Shown here: one piece after another, positions 21,278-32,061 of the stretch
How the letters are laid out: each line of letters begins with the position of its first letter
How positions within the stretch are numbered: position 1 is the first letter of the stretch
Notes under the pieces: model-generated
What the model saw: only the letters and a program-made list of their open reading frames with translations
Databases searched by the model: none
What the model was told of the DNA's origin: nothing
Translations under genes and position numbers: made by a program
Origin: Candidatus Heimdallarchaeota archaeon
GTDB taxonomy: Archaea > Asgardarchaeota > Heimdallarchaeia > Heimdallarchaeales > Heimdallarchaeaceae
DNA length: 64,000 bases
Direction of reading: 5' to 3'
NCBI GenBank assembly: GCA_030603365.1
Contig: JAUVXV010000003.1
Location: 1 to 64,000, forward strand

Positions 21278-22291
21278 TTACTCTCCCTTGTTTAAAATAT
21301 ATTTAGCTAGTCCAATCATTCTGTTTGAATAACCAGTTTCGTTATCGTACCAAGCAATCACTTTTACTTGATTCTTATAACACATTGTCAAAGAAAGATC
21401 AACTGTTGCAGAGAATTTGTTTCCATTGTAATCGGTAGAAACCAATGGTTCATTAGAAATAGCTAGTATTCCTTTTAAATCTCCTTCAGAAGCTTTCTTG
21501 AATAGATTATTCACTTCTTTTACAGTTGTTTCTTTATCAAGTGTATAAACAGCATCAATTAAAGAAACATTAGGTGTAGGAACTCTGATAGACATTGCTT
21601 GAAGTTTTCCTTCTAGATGAGGAAGGACTTTTCCAACAGCTTTTGCTGCTCCTGTAGATGTTGGAATCATTGATAAAGCAGCAGAACGGGCTCTACGTAA
21701 ATCACTATGTGGAAGGTCTAATAAACTTTGATCAGTAGTGTATGAATGAATTGTTGTCATAAAACCTGATTGAACTCCATAAGTTTCATCTAGTATTTTA
21801 GTTACAGGTGCATAACAATTGGTTGTGCAACTAGCATTAGAAATAATCTTATGTTCTTCAGAATCGAATTTTTCCTCATTTACTCCTAGTACAAATGCTG
21901 GAATGGGTTTAGTCTTTCCTTTATCAGGAGCTGAAAGTATAACTCGTTTTACTCCTCTTTCAAGATGTTTGGAGGCTAGTTCATATGTACGGAAAATTCC
22001 AACACACTCAAAAACCAAATCAACTTCCCATTTATCCCAAGGGATACTTGCAGGATCTCTTTCTTTTGAAATTGGTATCTCTCTATCCTTTACTTTTAGT
22101 GAATTTTCTGTAGCAATTACATCATATGGAAATTTCCCATGAACACTATCATACTTGAGAAGATGTGCCATAGTTTTAGAATCACCAATATCATTAATTC
22201 CAGCTACTTCAACTTCTTCTTCATCAAAAGCTGCTCTAAAAATACCTCTTCCAATTCTTCCAAAACCGTTTATACCTACACGTAATTTCAT
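21278..22291 (-). CDS. gap: Glyceraldehyde-3-phosphate dehydrogenase, class I (bacterial/eukaryotic type)
   Basis: GINGFGRIGR, LLKYDSVHG, ASCTTNC, PTSTGAAKA, WYDNE. Confidence 0.97.
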   Translation of the reverse strand: MKLRVGINGFGRIGRGIFRAAFDEEEVEVAGINDIGDSKTMAHLLKYDSVHGKFPYDVIATENSLKVKDREIPISKERDPASIPWDKWEVDLVFECVGIFRTYELASKHLERGVKRVILSAPDKGKTKPIPAFVLGVNEEKFDSEEHKIISNASCTTNCYAPVTKILDETYGVQSGFMTTIHSYTTDQSLLDLPHSDLRRARSAALSMIPTSTGAAKAVGKVLPHLEGKLQAMSIRVPTPNVSLIDAVYTLDKETTVKEVNNLFKKASEGDLKGILAISNEPLVSTDYNGNKFSATVDLSLTMCYKNQVKVIAWYDNETGYSNRMIGLAKYILNKGE

Positions 22292-22369
22292 GTATTCACC
22301 AATAATTCACTACTAAATAAAGGCTACTCTTAAGTTTAATAAAAAGTGAAGGAAAAGGTTCCTTCTAAA

Positions 22370-23404
22370 CTATTTTTCCTCTTCAGCAGGGGAAGTTGAA
22401 ACACCATGTACTATGTTGAAGAACCATGTAGCGAAAATACCTACTCCAGCGAAAAGCAAAGCGGCTGCAAAAGCTGCATATCTCATGATATCTATCTGTG
22501 CCCATAATCCATCTATTACGTAATATTTGACTATTAGGTATCCAGAGAATACAAAGAAAAATAGTGTTACTAATACTTGAAGAAACACATTTGTCCAGAA
22601 GAAATTTTTTGATCTCGTTTCAACGTATTTTTCACCGATTAGGTATTTCAAAACAAATCTTCTGATTGCATCATGAGCTTTTACTATACCATTTTTTATT
22701 TTGATAAAGAAGTTTTTTATGACTTTGAACACTTTTCCTTTTCTAGCTAAATTGACTATCAAAATGATTAATCCTGTTCCTACAACTAGAATAGCTAGTA
22801 AGATTAAAGCACCAACCCATTGCTGTGTTGCTAATAGGTCTGCAAAATTACCGATTATCATTTCTCCTATAAATATTACAAATACAGGATATAGAATATA
22901 TTCGTAAATTCCAATACCTAAGTCAACAAACCATTTGCCAATAGATGCCCAGAAACCATAATCTGCAAAGGCTTCCCTTGTTTGAGCAAAGATGTCATAT
23001 ATTGAATCTAGATAGAATAGTAAATAGACAATAATCATACAAATTGCCATCATAAAGAATAATGTGGGTATCAAAGACAAAAATTTCTTGTCATCTTCTG
23101 TTAATGGATCTTTACTTCTAACTCTCAAGAATTTGTAAGTTTTAACAAATAATACTCCTGTATACCAGAATGGAAAGAGTACATATTTTAAGAAGAATTT
23201 AATGATTTTCCAAATCACTTTGAGAAAAATTAAAATTCCTGACCAAATCACTTTGAAAAACCCTAATGCACTTTCTTTGGGTTTTCTTTCCTTCTTTGGT
23301 TTTTTCTCCTTCTTGGGCTTTTTCTCAATCTTTTTAACCACTTTAGCCTGAGTTTCGACCTCTACTATCTCCTCTTCCTCCATTTCTTTGGCTTTTTCAT
23401 TCAT
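22370..23404 (-). CDS. Multi-pass membrane protein, hypothetical
   Basis: Lys/Glu-rich N-terminus and several hydrophobic segments. Confidence 0.7.
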   Translation of the reverse strand: MNEKAKEMEEEEIVEVETQAKVVKKIEKKPKKEKKPKKERKPKESALGFFKVIWSGILIFLKVIWKIIKFFLKYVLFPFWYTGVLFVKTYKFLRVRSKDPLTEDDKKFLSLIPTLFFMMAICMIIVYLLFYLDSIYDIFAQTREAFADYGFWASIGKWFVDLGIGIYEYILYPVFVIFIGEMIIGNFADLLATQQWVGALILLAILVVGTGLIILIVNLARKGKVFKVIKNFFIKIKNGIVKAHDAIRRFVLKYLIGEKYVETRSKNFFWTNVFLQVLVTLFFFVFSGYLIVKYYVIDGLWAQIDIMRYAAFAAALLFAGVGIFATWFFNIVHGVSTSPAEEEK

Positions 23405-23493
23405 ATCTGTACAATAATATCATGTCATATTAAATTTTTTTGCAAATACTAAGGGTTTTTAGTCTATTGTTTGACTATTATTCAAGAGAACAA

Positions 23494-24486
23494 ATGACAG
23501 TTAGAAAGTCTTTATCTATTTTGATAATTATCTCCATTTTCTTAGGCACTTTAGCTAGCTTAACAGAGATTTCTGGAGATTTTCAACAGTCAACAGAAGA
23601 CATTGATAATTGGTCTAAATCAGTTACAACTGTAAATTTCTCTAAAGATGACCATCTCAAATTTAATTTTGCTATAGCTGATGAAGCATCAGATTATGTT
23701 CTCATTATGTACCTAACATTTCACACTATTCTTAATCTACCTCTAGAAGTGGTTTCGTATCTTGATCATAATAAAAACGAACAAACAGCTGATTTTGGAA
23801 TACAGGTAAGTTCTAATCAAGGAAACTTCTCTCTGGGTTTAAATGGAACAATAATCATAGATACTCCCTTTACAGATCCAATATTCATAGAAATAACAGA
23901 AGGAGAACAAATAACAATAGCAGATTTTACTAGTTTCTTAGGAGAGAACATAACAATCCCCATTAATTTTATACCTTTCAAGTTCCCAATAGATATTGTA
24001 GATGTATTTGGAATTCAAGGTTTAAATCTAATCTTGACTCCTACAGCAGTTTTACACGGTTCTAGCAGTATTCAAGCAAGAATTATGTCGCAGAATATTG
24101 TTATAACAGATCCTCAGAGTGTTTACACTGACACATTTCCTGTTAGTGAAGATTTTACATCATTCAGTACAGAAATGCGTGACATTTATCTTGATATAGA
24201 CAATGTTTCTTTAGCCATAAACTCGCTCACTGCAGCTATTGTTTTGGAAACAAATTTAGGTAATTTAACACAGGATTTTACCATTGACTTGAGCACAATA
24301 GATACCTCAATTGTAGGCGACCCGATAGGCGAACTATTACTCCTTTATGTTAGTAGTACCTTTTACTTAGGAGACCTTACTTTGACGGTATTATTGAATT
24401 CGGCTCCTTATTCGTTTATCTCTCTACTTATCGCATTAGTTGCATTTTCTGGTTTCGCTTTTCTTAAAAAACGAAAAAAGGTGTGA
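23494..24486 (+). CDS. Secreted protein with C-terminal membrane anchor
   Basis: Signal peptide from ATG23494 (MTVRKSLSILIIIS), beta-rich body, APYSF-TM-KKRKKV tail. Confidence 0.7.
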   Translation: MTVRKSLSILIIISIFLGTLASLTEISGDFQQSTEDIDNWSKSVTTVNFSKDDHLKFNFAIADEASDYVLIMYLTFHTILNLPLEVVSYLDHNKNEQTADFGIQVSSNQGNFSLGLNGTIIIDTPFTDPIFIEITEGEQITIADFTSFLGENITIPINFIPFKFPIDIVDVFGIQGLNLILTPTAVLHGSSSIQARIMSQNIVITDPQSVYTDTFPVSEDFTSFSTEMRDIYLDIDNVSLAINSLTAAIVLETNLGNLTQDFTIDLSTIDTSIVGDPIGELLLLYVSSTFYLGDLTLTVLLNSAPYSFISLLIALVAFSGFAFLKKRKKV

Positions 24487-24544
24487 AAACGTCTTTTCAA
24501 CTAAAATTTTAAAAGCCTAATTCATAACGGATGCATGAGAAGTT

Positions 24545-25786
24545 GTGGTAATAATGGCTAAAAATAAGAAAGATTTGGCGAAATACTATCTAGAACTGGA
24601 TAAGAAGTGGACTGCTCACAATTATAAACCAATACCAGTGGTAATTGAAAAAGCAAAAGGAATATGGGTTTGGGATGTAAATGGAAAGAAATACATGGAC
24701 TGTTTAAGTGCTTATTCCAGTCAGAATTTTGGTCATGGACACCCAAAACTAGTTAATGCTTTAATAAAACAATCGAAGAAAGTTATTCTAACATCAAGAG
24801 CTTTTTGTAATGATGCTATGGGAGAAGCTGCAAAAAATCTATGTGAATTATCAGGTTATGAAGTGTTTCTTCCTATGAATACTGGGGCAGAGGCAGTTGA
24901 ATCTGCATTGAAGATAGCTCGAAAATGGGGATACGAAAAGAAAGGTGTAAAAGAAGATAAGGCAGAAATCATTGTTTGTGAAAACAATTTTCATGGAAGA
25001 ACAATCACTATTGTAGGGTTCTCCACAGACCCAGATGCATCTCAAGGATTTGGCCCCAAAACTCCTGGTTTCAAGGTAATACCTTATGGGGATTTAGAAG
25101 CATTAAAAAAAGCTATTACAAAAGAGACTGTTGCTTTTCTAGTAGAACCAATACAAGGTGAAGCAGGTGTTCTGATTCCACCTAAAGGATATTTGAAAGA
25201 AGTACAAGCATTATGTAAAAAGAACAATGTACTTATGATAGCAGATGAAATCCAGACTGGATTATGCAGAACTGGAGCTTTGTTTGCATGTGATCATGAT
25301 AATGTTAAACCTGATGTTACTCTTGTAGCTAAAGCTGTAGGTGGTGGTGTTTTTCCTGTTTCTGGTGTATTATCTAGCTGGGAAATTATGAATGTATTAA
25401 CCCCTGGTACTCATGGATCTACTTGGGGTGGTAATAGTCTAGGAATGGCCGTTCTTAATGCAGTTTGCAATCTTTTAAGAGATGAAAATTTCTCAACAAT
25501 GTCAAAGGAGTTAGGAGAATATTTTGTTGCGGGGTTAAAACGTATTCAAATGAAACATCCTAAGAAAATTAAGGAAGTACGAGGGATAGGTCTTCTGACA
25601 GCAATTGAACTTCATGAAAAAGCTCGTCCTTATACTGAAGCAATGATGAATAACTCTCCTAAAGGTCTATTAGCGAAAGAAACTCATGAATTTTCTATAA
25701 GATTCATCCCTCCATTAATTGTGACGGAATCTGAACTAGACTGGGCATTAAGTGTGATAGAGAAAGTATTTGACGAAGTTAATTAA
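24545..25786 (+). CDS. rocD: Ornithine--oxo-acid aminotransferase
   Basis: AHNYKPIPVV, CLSAYS, LTSRAF, PMNTGAEAVE, NFHGRT, EPIQGEAG, DEIQTG, HGSTWGGN. Confidence 0.92.
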   Translation: MVIMAKNKKDLAKYYLELDKKWTAHNYKPIPVVIEKAKGIWVWDVNGKKYMDCLSAYSSQNFGHGHPKLVNALIKQSKKVILTSRAFCNDAMGEAAKNLCELSGYEVFLPMNTGAEAVESALKIARKWGYEKKGVKEDKAEIIVCENNFHGRTITIVGFSTDPDASQGFGPKTPGFKVIPYGDLEALKKAITKETVAFLVEPIQGEAGVLIPPKGYLKEVQALCKKNNVLMIADEIQTGLCRTGALFACDHDNVKPDVTLVAKAVGGGVFPVSGVLSSWEIMNVLTPGTHGSTWGGNSLGMAVLNAVCNLLRDENFSTMSKELGEYFVAGLKRIQMKHPKKIKEVRGIGLLTAIELHEKARPYTEAMMNNSPKGLLAKETHEFSIRFIPPLIVTESELDWALSVIEKVFDEVN

Positions 25787-25797
25787 CTTCTCAACTT

Positions 25798-26028
25798 TCA
25801 AATTTTTTCATTATAATAAAAATCAGCTTCGTTATAATCATAATCATTTTTTCTTAATATTTGGTATGCGCGATCTATTGAAGTAGTGAAAATCTTCCTG
25901 TCTGGTTCTTTGAAAATCTTAACTTGAAAAATAGTCTTATTGACAGAAATAATCTCTCCATTCTTATGTATCAATACTACCTCTTTTTCAATTTGATCAG
26001 TTGATGGTAGAATCTGTTGACTACCCAT
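25798..26028 (-). CDS. Small hypothetical protein
   Basis: 76-aa ORF filling the intergenic gap, ATG start. Confidence 0.5.
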   Translation of the reverse strand: MGSQQILPSTDQIEKEVVLIHKNGEIISVNKTIFQVKIFKEPDRKIFTTSIDRAYQILRKNDYDYNEADFYYNEKI

Positions 26029-26145
26029 GACTTACACTCTATCTTACAATATTTAAACCCAGAAAGGAAAAACATGCAAATTAATTTCAGTGAGGTTACG
26101 ATAAAAAATAAAAAAAGGAGGAAAAATTCTCCCTATCTACTTTAG

Positions 26146-27408
26146 TTAAACAAGTATAGCTATGTCTTCGAACAGTATAACGAAGACAAGAATCTGAAGT
26201 ATTATTATCATTATCCCTTCGAAAATATCGAATTTCCGGTCTTGGATACACCGTTTTACAAACCAAAGCGTACCCGCAATTGACGCTAATTGGATTAGAA
26301 CAAATGGATGTAGTGTTATTACTGTTATCATTCCTAATATTCCAAATATAAGCAAAGCTGATTGAAGAATGCCGCCCATAGCATTTCCAATACCAACTTC
26401 TATCTCTCCTCTAACAGAAGAAAGAATTGCTATACTGTGTTCAGGGACTGCGCCTGCTGCACCTAACATTAGTGCAAGGGTAATTTCTCCTTTAGCAGAT
26501 TCGAAGAAAGGAGCATAAGATGTGATATGCACTACGCTTTCAGTTAATATCTCACCACCAAAGAAAATACCTACAAAACCCATCACTAGAAGTAAAATAG
26601 TAAATGGAATAGATAATTTTTCATGTTCATGGTCATGTGAAGAAACTTCTTCATCTTGATGATTTGATTCTTCTTCTGAGGCTTTGATGTGACCTTCCTC
26701 TTCCTCTAAAGAATTTGACATTTCCTTGTTGTTCTCTTTAACTGCAATAAGATAGATGAGGTAAATTAGGTAACTTAGAGCTAACATTGCAGCAACTGGT
26801 ACTGTTAAAACTGCACTTTCCAAACCTGTTGTTCCTTGATTAAGCTTTAATGTCCCAAAAACATTCACCTTTTCAGCACCAAGTACTGCATACTGAACAA
26901 GACCAAAAATTACTGTCATTAGTAGAGCCACAATCGCCCATCTCATTATTGGAGCTTCTTTTGTTGCAAGTTCTTCCGGTACAGCAATTTTTCCTTTATT
27001 CTTAATGGTTGATATAAGTATAGCAATACCAAGAATCAATGTGTTGAAACCTGCTGCTGATAAAACAGTGATCACAGCAATGAGTTGTTTACCTTTAATA
27101 ATCAGTAATACTGCAATTACAGCTTCAGGTAAATTTGAAGCTAAGCTTGATAGTACTCCTGCAACATAATCAGATAAACCTACATATTTAGCACCACTAT
27201 CTAGACCAGTTACTGCCCATTCTGATGGTCGAAAAGCTAGCCATGTTCCAACAACAAAACCTGAGATTGTTAACCAGAATGGAGGATGCCCAGCATAGAC
27301 GGCTTTTGCTAGAATGAAATAAGTTACAACAACTGATAGAGCTATAATCATTTCCCAAATAGTAATGTGAAAAATACTCTTGAATTTCTTGATAAAACTC
27401 ATATTCAA
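26146..27408 (-). CDS. Ca2+/cation antiporter (CaCA) family
   Basis: Two alpha repeats (SLASNLPE, AAGAVPE), about 10 TM helices, His/Glu-rich central loop. Confidence 0.85.
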   Translation of the reverse strand: MNMSFIKKFKSIFHITIWEMIIALSVVVTYFILAKAVYAGHPPFWLTISGFVVGTWLAFRPSEWAVTGLDSGAKYVGLSDYVAGVLSSLASNLPEAVIAVLLIIKGKQLIAVITVLSAAGFNTLILGIAILISTIKNKGKIAVPEELATKEAPIMRWAIVALLMTVIFGLVQYAVLGAEKVNVFGTLKLNQGTTGLESAVLTVPVAAMLALSYLIYLIYLIAVKENNKEMSNSLEEEEGHIKASEEESNHQDEEVSSHDHEHEKLSIPFTILLLVMGFVGIFFGGEILTESVVHITSYAPFFESAKGEITLALMLGAAGAVPEHSIAILSSVRGEIEVGIGNAMGGILQSALLIFGILGMITVITLHPFVLIQLASIAGTLWFVKRCIQDRKFDIFEGIMIIILQILVFVILFEDIAILV

Positions 27409-27456
27409 GAATATAAAGAGAGTTATATATAAATTGTTGGGAAATGACTTCTTAAC

Positions 27457-30400
27457 CTACATTTCTTCGCTTTTAGTGCCATCTTCTTCATTTGCTTGCT
27501 GAGAATTATTGCTTTCATCGACCAAGTCTATTTGCTCTTTAAGTATCTTCCTTACTTGTTCAGTTTCCAAATAACTTTCAGATATTTTTTGAGTAATTTC
27601 TTCAATTTTTCGTGCTTCTTCAATAATTATAGTTGCGTGTAAAGTTTCAGAAAGTTCAGCATATCCAATTACACCCATGAGTGGGTTTCTGATTCTATCA
27701 ACTAATTCAGCAAAATCCTCAATATTTTGAGCAATTTGGGCATAAGCTTGATTACGAAGTTCTTCATCTCTCTTTCTTTCTGTAATATCTCTCGCTGTAA
27801 CAAGCACACTTATCTCACCTTTAAGCATGAAAGGAGTTGCATTAATTTCAACTGGAAAACTAGTACCATCTTTTCTGTATAAGTCTCTTTCAAAAGTTAT
27901 GAAATCATTCTCAAACATCTCTTCCAGAATGGTTTTAATATCTTGCTCACTAAGATCTTTAACAACTTGATCGAGTCGTAATTTTGTTATTTCTTCTGAT
28001 TCATATCCAGTTTTTGTAATAGCAATTTGATTGACTTCAATGAATTTTCCTACTGAACCATCTCTTGGAACGCTAATTACTGCTACTATGTCGTTTGCAT
28101 TATGGAAGAGATGACGGTATCGTTCTTCACTTTCTTTTAATTGAGCTTCAGCTATTTTTCTTTCAGTAATATCCCTTAATACAGATAAGGCAACTTTTTC
28201 ATCCCTTAGTGTAAAAACATGAGAACTAACTTCAGTTGGAATTCTAGTACCAGATTTTGTCATTTGGACCGATTCGAAAGTTGTTGAACCCTTCTCAATA
28301 ATATCTTTGATGCTTTCAACAAGTGCATCTTTTTCTTCTGGAGCAGTTATATCAAGAGATCTCTTATCTAGTAATTCTTCTCTTGTATATCCCATCATAC
28401 TACATGCTACATCGTTAACCTCAATGAATTTGCTAGTAGTTTTGGTTGATTCATCAATTCTTGTAAGAAAGATTGCATCATTAGCATTATTGAACAATTG
28501 TCTGAACTTCTCTTCTCTTTCCATTAATTCCTGTTCAGCCTTTTTTCTTTCTGTAATATCTCGGATTATTCCTTGGATAACAGGTATTCCACCTACTTCG
28601 AAGAAACTTGAAGAAACATCTGCAGGAAATAGAGACCCGTCTTTTCTTCTAAAAATAGTTTCAAACTGAACTGAACCCTTGTCTTGAACCTCTTCAAATG
28701 CTTCTCTTGACATTTCATGTTCAGTTACTGGATGCAATTGAGTAACTGTTAATGATAAAAATTCGCTTTTAGAGTAACCCATCAAGTCTTTAGCTCTCTG
28801 ATTTACATCAAGAATATTACCTTTAACATCATGCAGAAGTATTCCATCATTTGACAGATCAAATGTCTGTCTAAATTTCTCTTCACTTTCTTTGAGAGCT
28901 AATTCAGATTTGGCTCTTTCTGTAATGTCTTCTATGACTGCAATTACTCCCACAGGTCTTCCTTCTTCATCAGCAACAAAGGAAGCATTTACCTTAACTG
29001 GGAATCTTGTTCCATCCTTTTTCAGTGCAATCAGTTTGCTAATTTGGGATTCTTTGTTTTTTATAATACCTGAAATTGTAGCATTAGCTGTTTCCAGATC
29101 CTCTCTTACAATAATGTCAACCGGAGCTAAACCAATCAGAGAATCAACACTTTCATATCCAAACATCTGAGCAGCCTGAGGATTGGCGAATTGTATTTTG
29201 ATACCTTGATCTACCAGAATAATTGCATCAGGAGATGTTTCCACAAGGGTTCTATAGCGCTCTTCACTAGCCTTGATAATTTCTTCTGCTTTCTTTCTTT
29301 CCGTAATATCTCGAACAAGAGAAAGCAGTACTTGTTCATTATTTAAGGTAAATAAGTGAGAACTAAATTCTACTGGTCTTGTCTCACCAGATTTATTTTG
29401 AATACTACTCTCAAAAGTAATACTTCCTACATCTAGAATATTTTCATCCAAGTTTAAAGAGACTTCTAATTTTGGAAAACTACGTTTTTCTTCTGCAGAA
29501 TCTAAAAGTTCATCTCTTGAATATCCCAACCATTGGCAAGCAATCTCATTAATTTCCAACAATTTGTCAAGATCTCCATCCTTTGTGATACTATGTATAA
29601 GGATTGCATCTCTAGCATTTTGAAATATCTGTCTAAACTTTTCTTCACTTTCTTTCAGAGCTTCCTCTGACTCTTTTCTTTCAGCAATATTAATTACTAC
29701 TCCTATAAATCCAGTAACACTTCCTTCAGAACTTTTTATAGCTGCAGCATGAAACTCACCAGGGAGAGTAGAACCGTCCTTTCGTTTTATCTTGTATTCA
29801 AAATCATGAACAGAACCATCCTCTATACATCTTTGCATAATTATTGTAGAAAGACCTCTATCATCTTCAGAAACAAGATCATTAGTTTTTTTACCTAATA
29901 ACTCATCTGCAGAATTAAATCCATGTAATTCTACAGTTTGTTGATTTACAAAAGTAATAGTACCACTTGAATCAGAACGAATTATGGCTGCTGGAAAAGT
30001 TTCAACTAGTTTTCGATATTTTTCTTCACTATCAAGCAAATCTCTTCTAGCTTTCTTTCTTTCTGTGATATCTCGTGCATTAGACAAAATTACCCGTTTT
30101 TCCCCAAGTTTGAATAAGTGAGAACTAATTTCTACAGGTATTCTTTTTCTTTCTTTTGAAAAAAGAACTGTTTCAAAGGTAGCAAATCCTTTTTCTACAA
30201 TTTTACTAATAATTTCAGGATTTTTTTCTTTTTCTTCAGGAGCCGTTATGTCTATAGAAGTCATTGTTAGGAGCTCATCTCGTTCAAATCCGAGCCATCT
30301 GACGGTAACATCATTTACTTCAATTAATAGACTAGCTTTATCATCTGAAGAAAGATGTGATAGAAAAACAGCATCATTAGTGTTATGGAAAATTTGTCTG

Positions 30401-31932
30401 AATCTCTCCTCTGAAAGTTCAACTTCTTGTTCTGCTCTCTTTCTCTCTGACAGATCTCTTGCAGTTGTTAAAATTACTCTCTCTCCACTAAGTGTAAACA
30501 TGTGGGAAGTATATTCAACTGGTTTTTTACTACTATCTTTATGAATGATATTTCCTTCAAAAGCAACTACACCATGTTCAAGAAGACTTTTACCTATGTC
30601 AGAATCTCCAACAGTATCTTCAGGACTATTTACTTCTGTAGGAGTCATTTGGAGCAATTCATCTCTTGAATATCCCGTCCATCTACATGCATTCTCATTA
30701 ACTTCTATGAAATTTCCCTGCTTGTTTTCAGATGTTATGGAGTGGATAAAAAGAGCATCACCAACATTCTCAAATATTTGGCGAAACTTTTCTTCATTTG
30801 CAATTAATTCTGCGTTTTTACTTGTTCTTTCAGTTATATCACGTACAACAGTTAAGTTTACTGTATCTTCTCCCAATTTAAAAACATGAGCACTAATTTC
30901 GACGTTTACTTCTTTACCTTCCTTAGTCTTATGAAGTCGTTCAAATGTCAGCTTTTTCTTTTCCATCAACTCCTGAACGAATTCAGCTGATTCTTCTTCT
31001 CCCAAAACATTGAAGTCAGAAGGTTTCAATTTCAAAAGCTCGTCTCTTGTATAACCATATATTTCAAGTGCTACATCATTAACTTCAATTATTTTTTCGA
31101 AACTACCATCTTTTCCTCTTCTAACAACGAAAATACCATCATTGGTATTATGGAATATCTGTTTGAATCTTTCCTCACTTGCTTGCAATTCTGTGATTGT
31201 TTCCTTATTTTCTGTTATATCGCTAGCTAATTCAGCAGCTCCAATAAGAGAACCATCATCACCAAATACAGGATAACCTCTAATAAACCAAACCTTATTG
31301 TCGGGTGTAATTACTTCTGCAGTATGTTCCTTACCTGTTTCAATAGCTCTGATAACTGGGCAATTCTCACAAGGAACCTCTGATTGATACCATAATTTGT
31401 AGCATACTTCTCCCACAATCTCTTCTGAATCTTGACCTAGTAAATCACTAGCAATTTTATTTGACCAGATAATTTTCAAATCAGTGTCATAGAATATAAT
31501 GTGTTCAGTAAGATAATCTAGAAACATTGATTTTTTAAATTCAGATGCAAGAAGCTTTGTTTGTTTTTGTTTAATGGCTGTTATATCTTCTGTAAAAACA
31601 AGAAATCTAGGTGTTTTTTCTTCACCCTTTACAGGATACATTGAATTACGGATAAATTTCCTAGTTTCATCTTTTAATTCAATCCAAAATTCAACCTTCT
31701 TAGGAAAGTTTCCAGATTCTTCTAAATCCGATTTAATTTTCCTCAATCTGTTTTTTTCTTCTTTTGCGGCGTAAAAGATACAATTTTTCCCTATAACATC
31801 CTTTAATTTATGTCCAATTATTTCTAAGAAAAATTTGTTTGCATGAATTATCTTATCATTTTTAATGATAGATATACCTATATTAGTTTGATCGAATACC
31901 TCCCCTAGACCTTCTTCTGACATCTGATTCAC
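27457..31932 (-). CDS. Multi-PAS sensor (11 PAS/PAC) with degenerate HisKA-like tail and no ATPase domain
   Basis: Eleven units ending in DITERK-like PAC motifs; C-terminal LVDRIRNPLMGVIGYAEL. Confidence 0.88.
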   Translation of the reverse strand: MNQMSEEGLGEVFDQTNIGISIIKNDKIIHANKFFLEIIGHKLKDVIGKNCIFYAAKEEKNRLRKIKSDLEESGNFPKKVEFWIELKDETRKFIRNSMYPVKGEEKTPRFLVFTEDITAIKQKQTKLLASEFKKSMFLDYLTEHIIFYDTDLKIIWSNKIASDLLGQDSEEIVGEVCYKLWYQSEVPCENCPVIRAIETGKEHTAEVITPDNKVWFIRGYPVFGDDGSLIGAAELASDITENKETITELQASEERFKQIFHNTNDGIFVVRRGKDGSFEKIIEVNDVALEIYGYTRDELLKLKPSDFNVLGEEESAEFVQELMEKKKLTFERLHKTKEGKEVNVEISAHVFKLGEDTVNLTVVRDITERTSKNAELIANEEKFRQIFENVGDALFIHSITSENKQGNFIEVNENACRWTGYSRDELLQMTPTEVNSPEDTVGDSDIGKSLLEHGVVAFEGNIIHKDSSKKPVEYTSHMFTLSGERVILTTARDLSERKRAEQEVELSEERFRQIFHNTNDAVFLSHLSSDDKASLLIEVNDVTVRWLGFERDELLTMTSIDITAPEEKEKNPEIISKIVEKGFATFETVLFSKERKRIPVEISSHLFKLGEKRVILSNARDITERKKARRDLLDSEEKYRKLVETFPAAIIRSDSSGTITFVNQQTVELHGFNSADELLGKKTNDLVSEDDRGLSTIIMQRCIEDGSVHDFEYKIKRKDGSTLPGEFHAAAIKSSEGSVTGFIGVVINIAERKESEEALKESEEKFRQIFQNARDAILIHSITKDGDLDKLLEINEIACQWLGYSRDELLDSAEEKRSFPKLEVSLNLDENILDVGSITFESSIQNKSGETRPVEFSSHLFTLNNEQVLLSLVRDITERKKAEEIIKASEERYRTLVETSPDAIILVDQGIKIQFANPQAAQMFGYESVDSLIGLAPVDIIVREDLETANATISGIIKNKESQISKLIALKKDGTRFPVKVNASFVADEEGRPVGVIAVIEDITERAKSELALKESEEKFRQTFDLSNDGILLHDVKGNILDVNQRAKDLMGYSKSEFLSLTVTQLHPVTEHEMSREAFEEVQDKGSVQFETIFRRKDGSLFPADVSSSFFEVGGIPVIQGIIRDITERKKAEQELMEREEKFRQLFNNANDAIFLTRIDESTKTTSKFIEVNDVACSMMGYTREELLDKRSLDITAPEEKDALVESIKDIIEKGSTTFESVQMTKSGTRIPTEVSSHVFTLRDEKVALSVLRDITERKIAEAQLKESEERYRHLFHNANDIVAVISVPRDGSVGKFIEVNQIAITKTGYESEEITKLRLDQVVKDLSEQDIKTILEEMFENDFITFERDLYRKDGTSFPVEINATPFMLKGEISVLVTARDITERKRDEELRNQAYAQIAQNIEDFAELVDRIRNPLMGVIGYAELSETLHATIIIEEARKIEEITQKISESYLETEQVRKILKEQIDLVDESNNSQQANEEDGTKSEEM

Positions 31933-32061
31933 TTGAATAGATTAATTTCCCCAGATTGATAACATCACCAATAAATTGGCTAGTTCATCTAGATTGAAAT
32001 ATAATTATAATTTTAATAAGATTGTGATGGTTCTAGTCACTTTTGTTAAAAAGAAATTATT

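Noticed and set aside
27457-31932. Repeated DNA suggesting a CRISPR array or DGR; antisense ORFs in the same region
   Set aside because: The repeats are degenerate coding PAS/PAC motifs; there is no reverse transcriptase or spacer structure.
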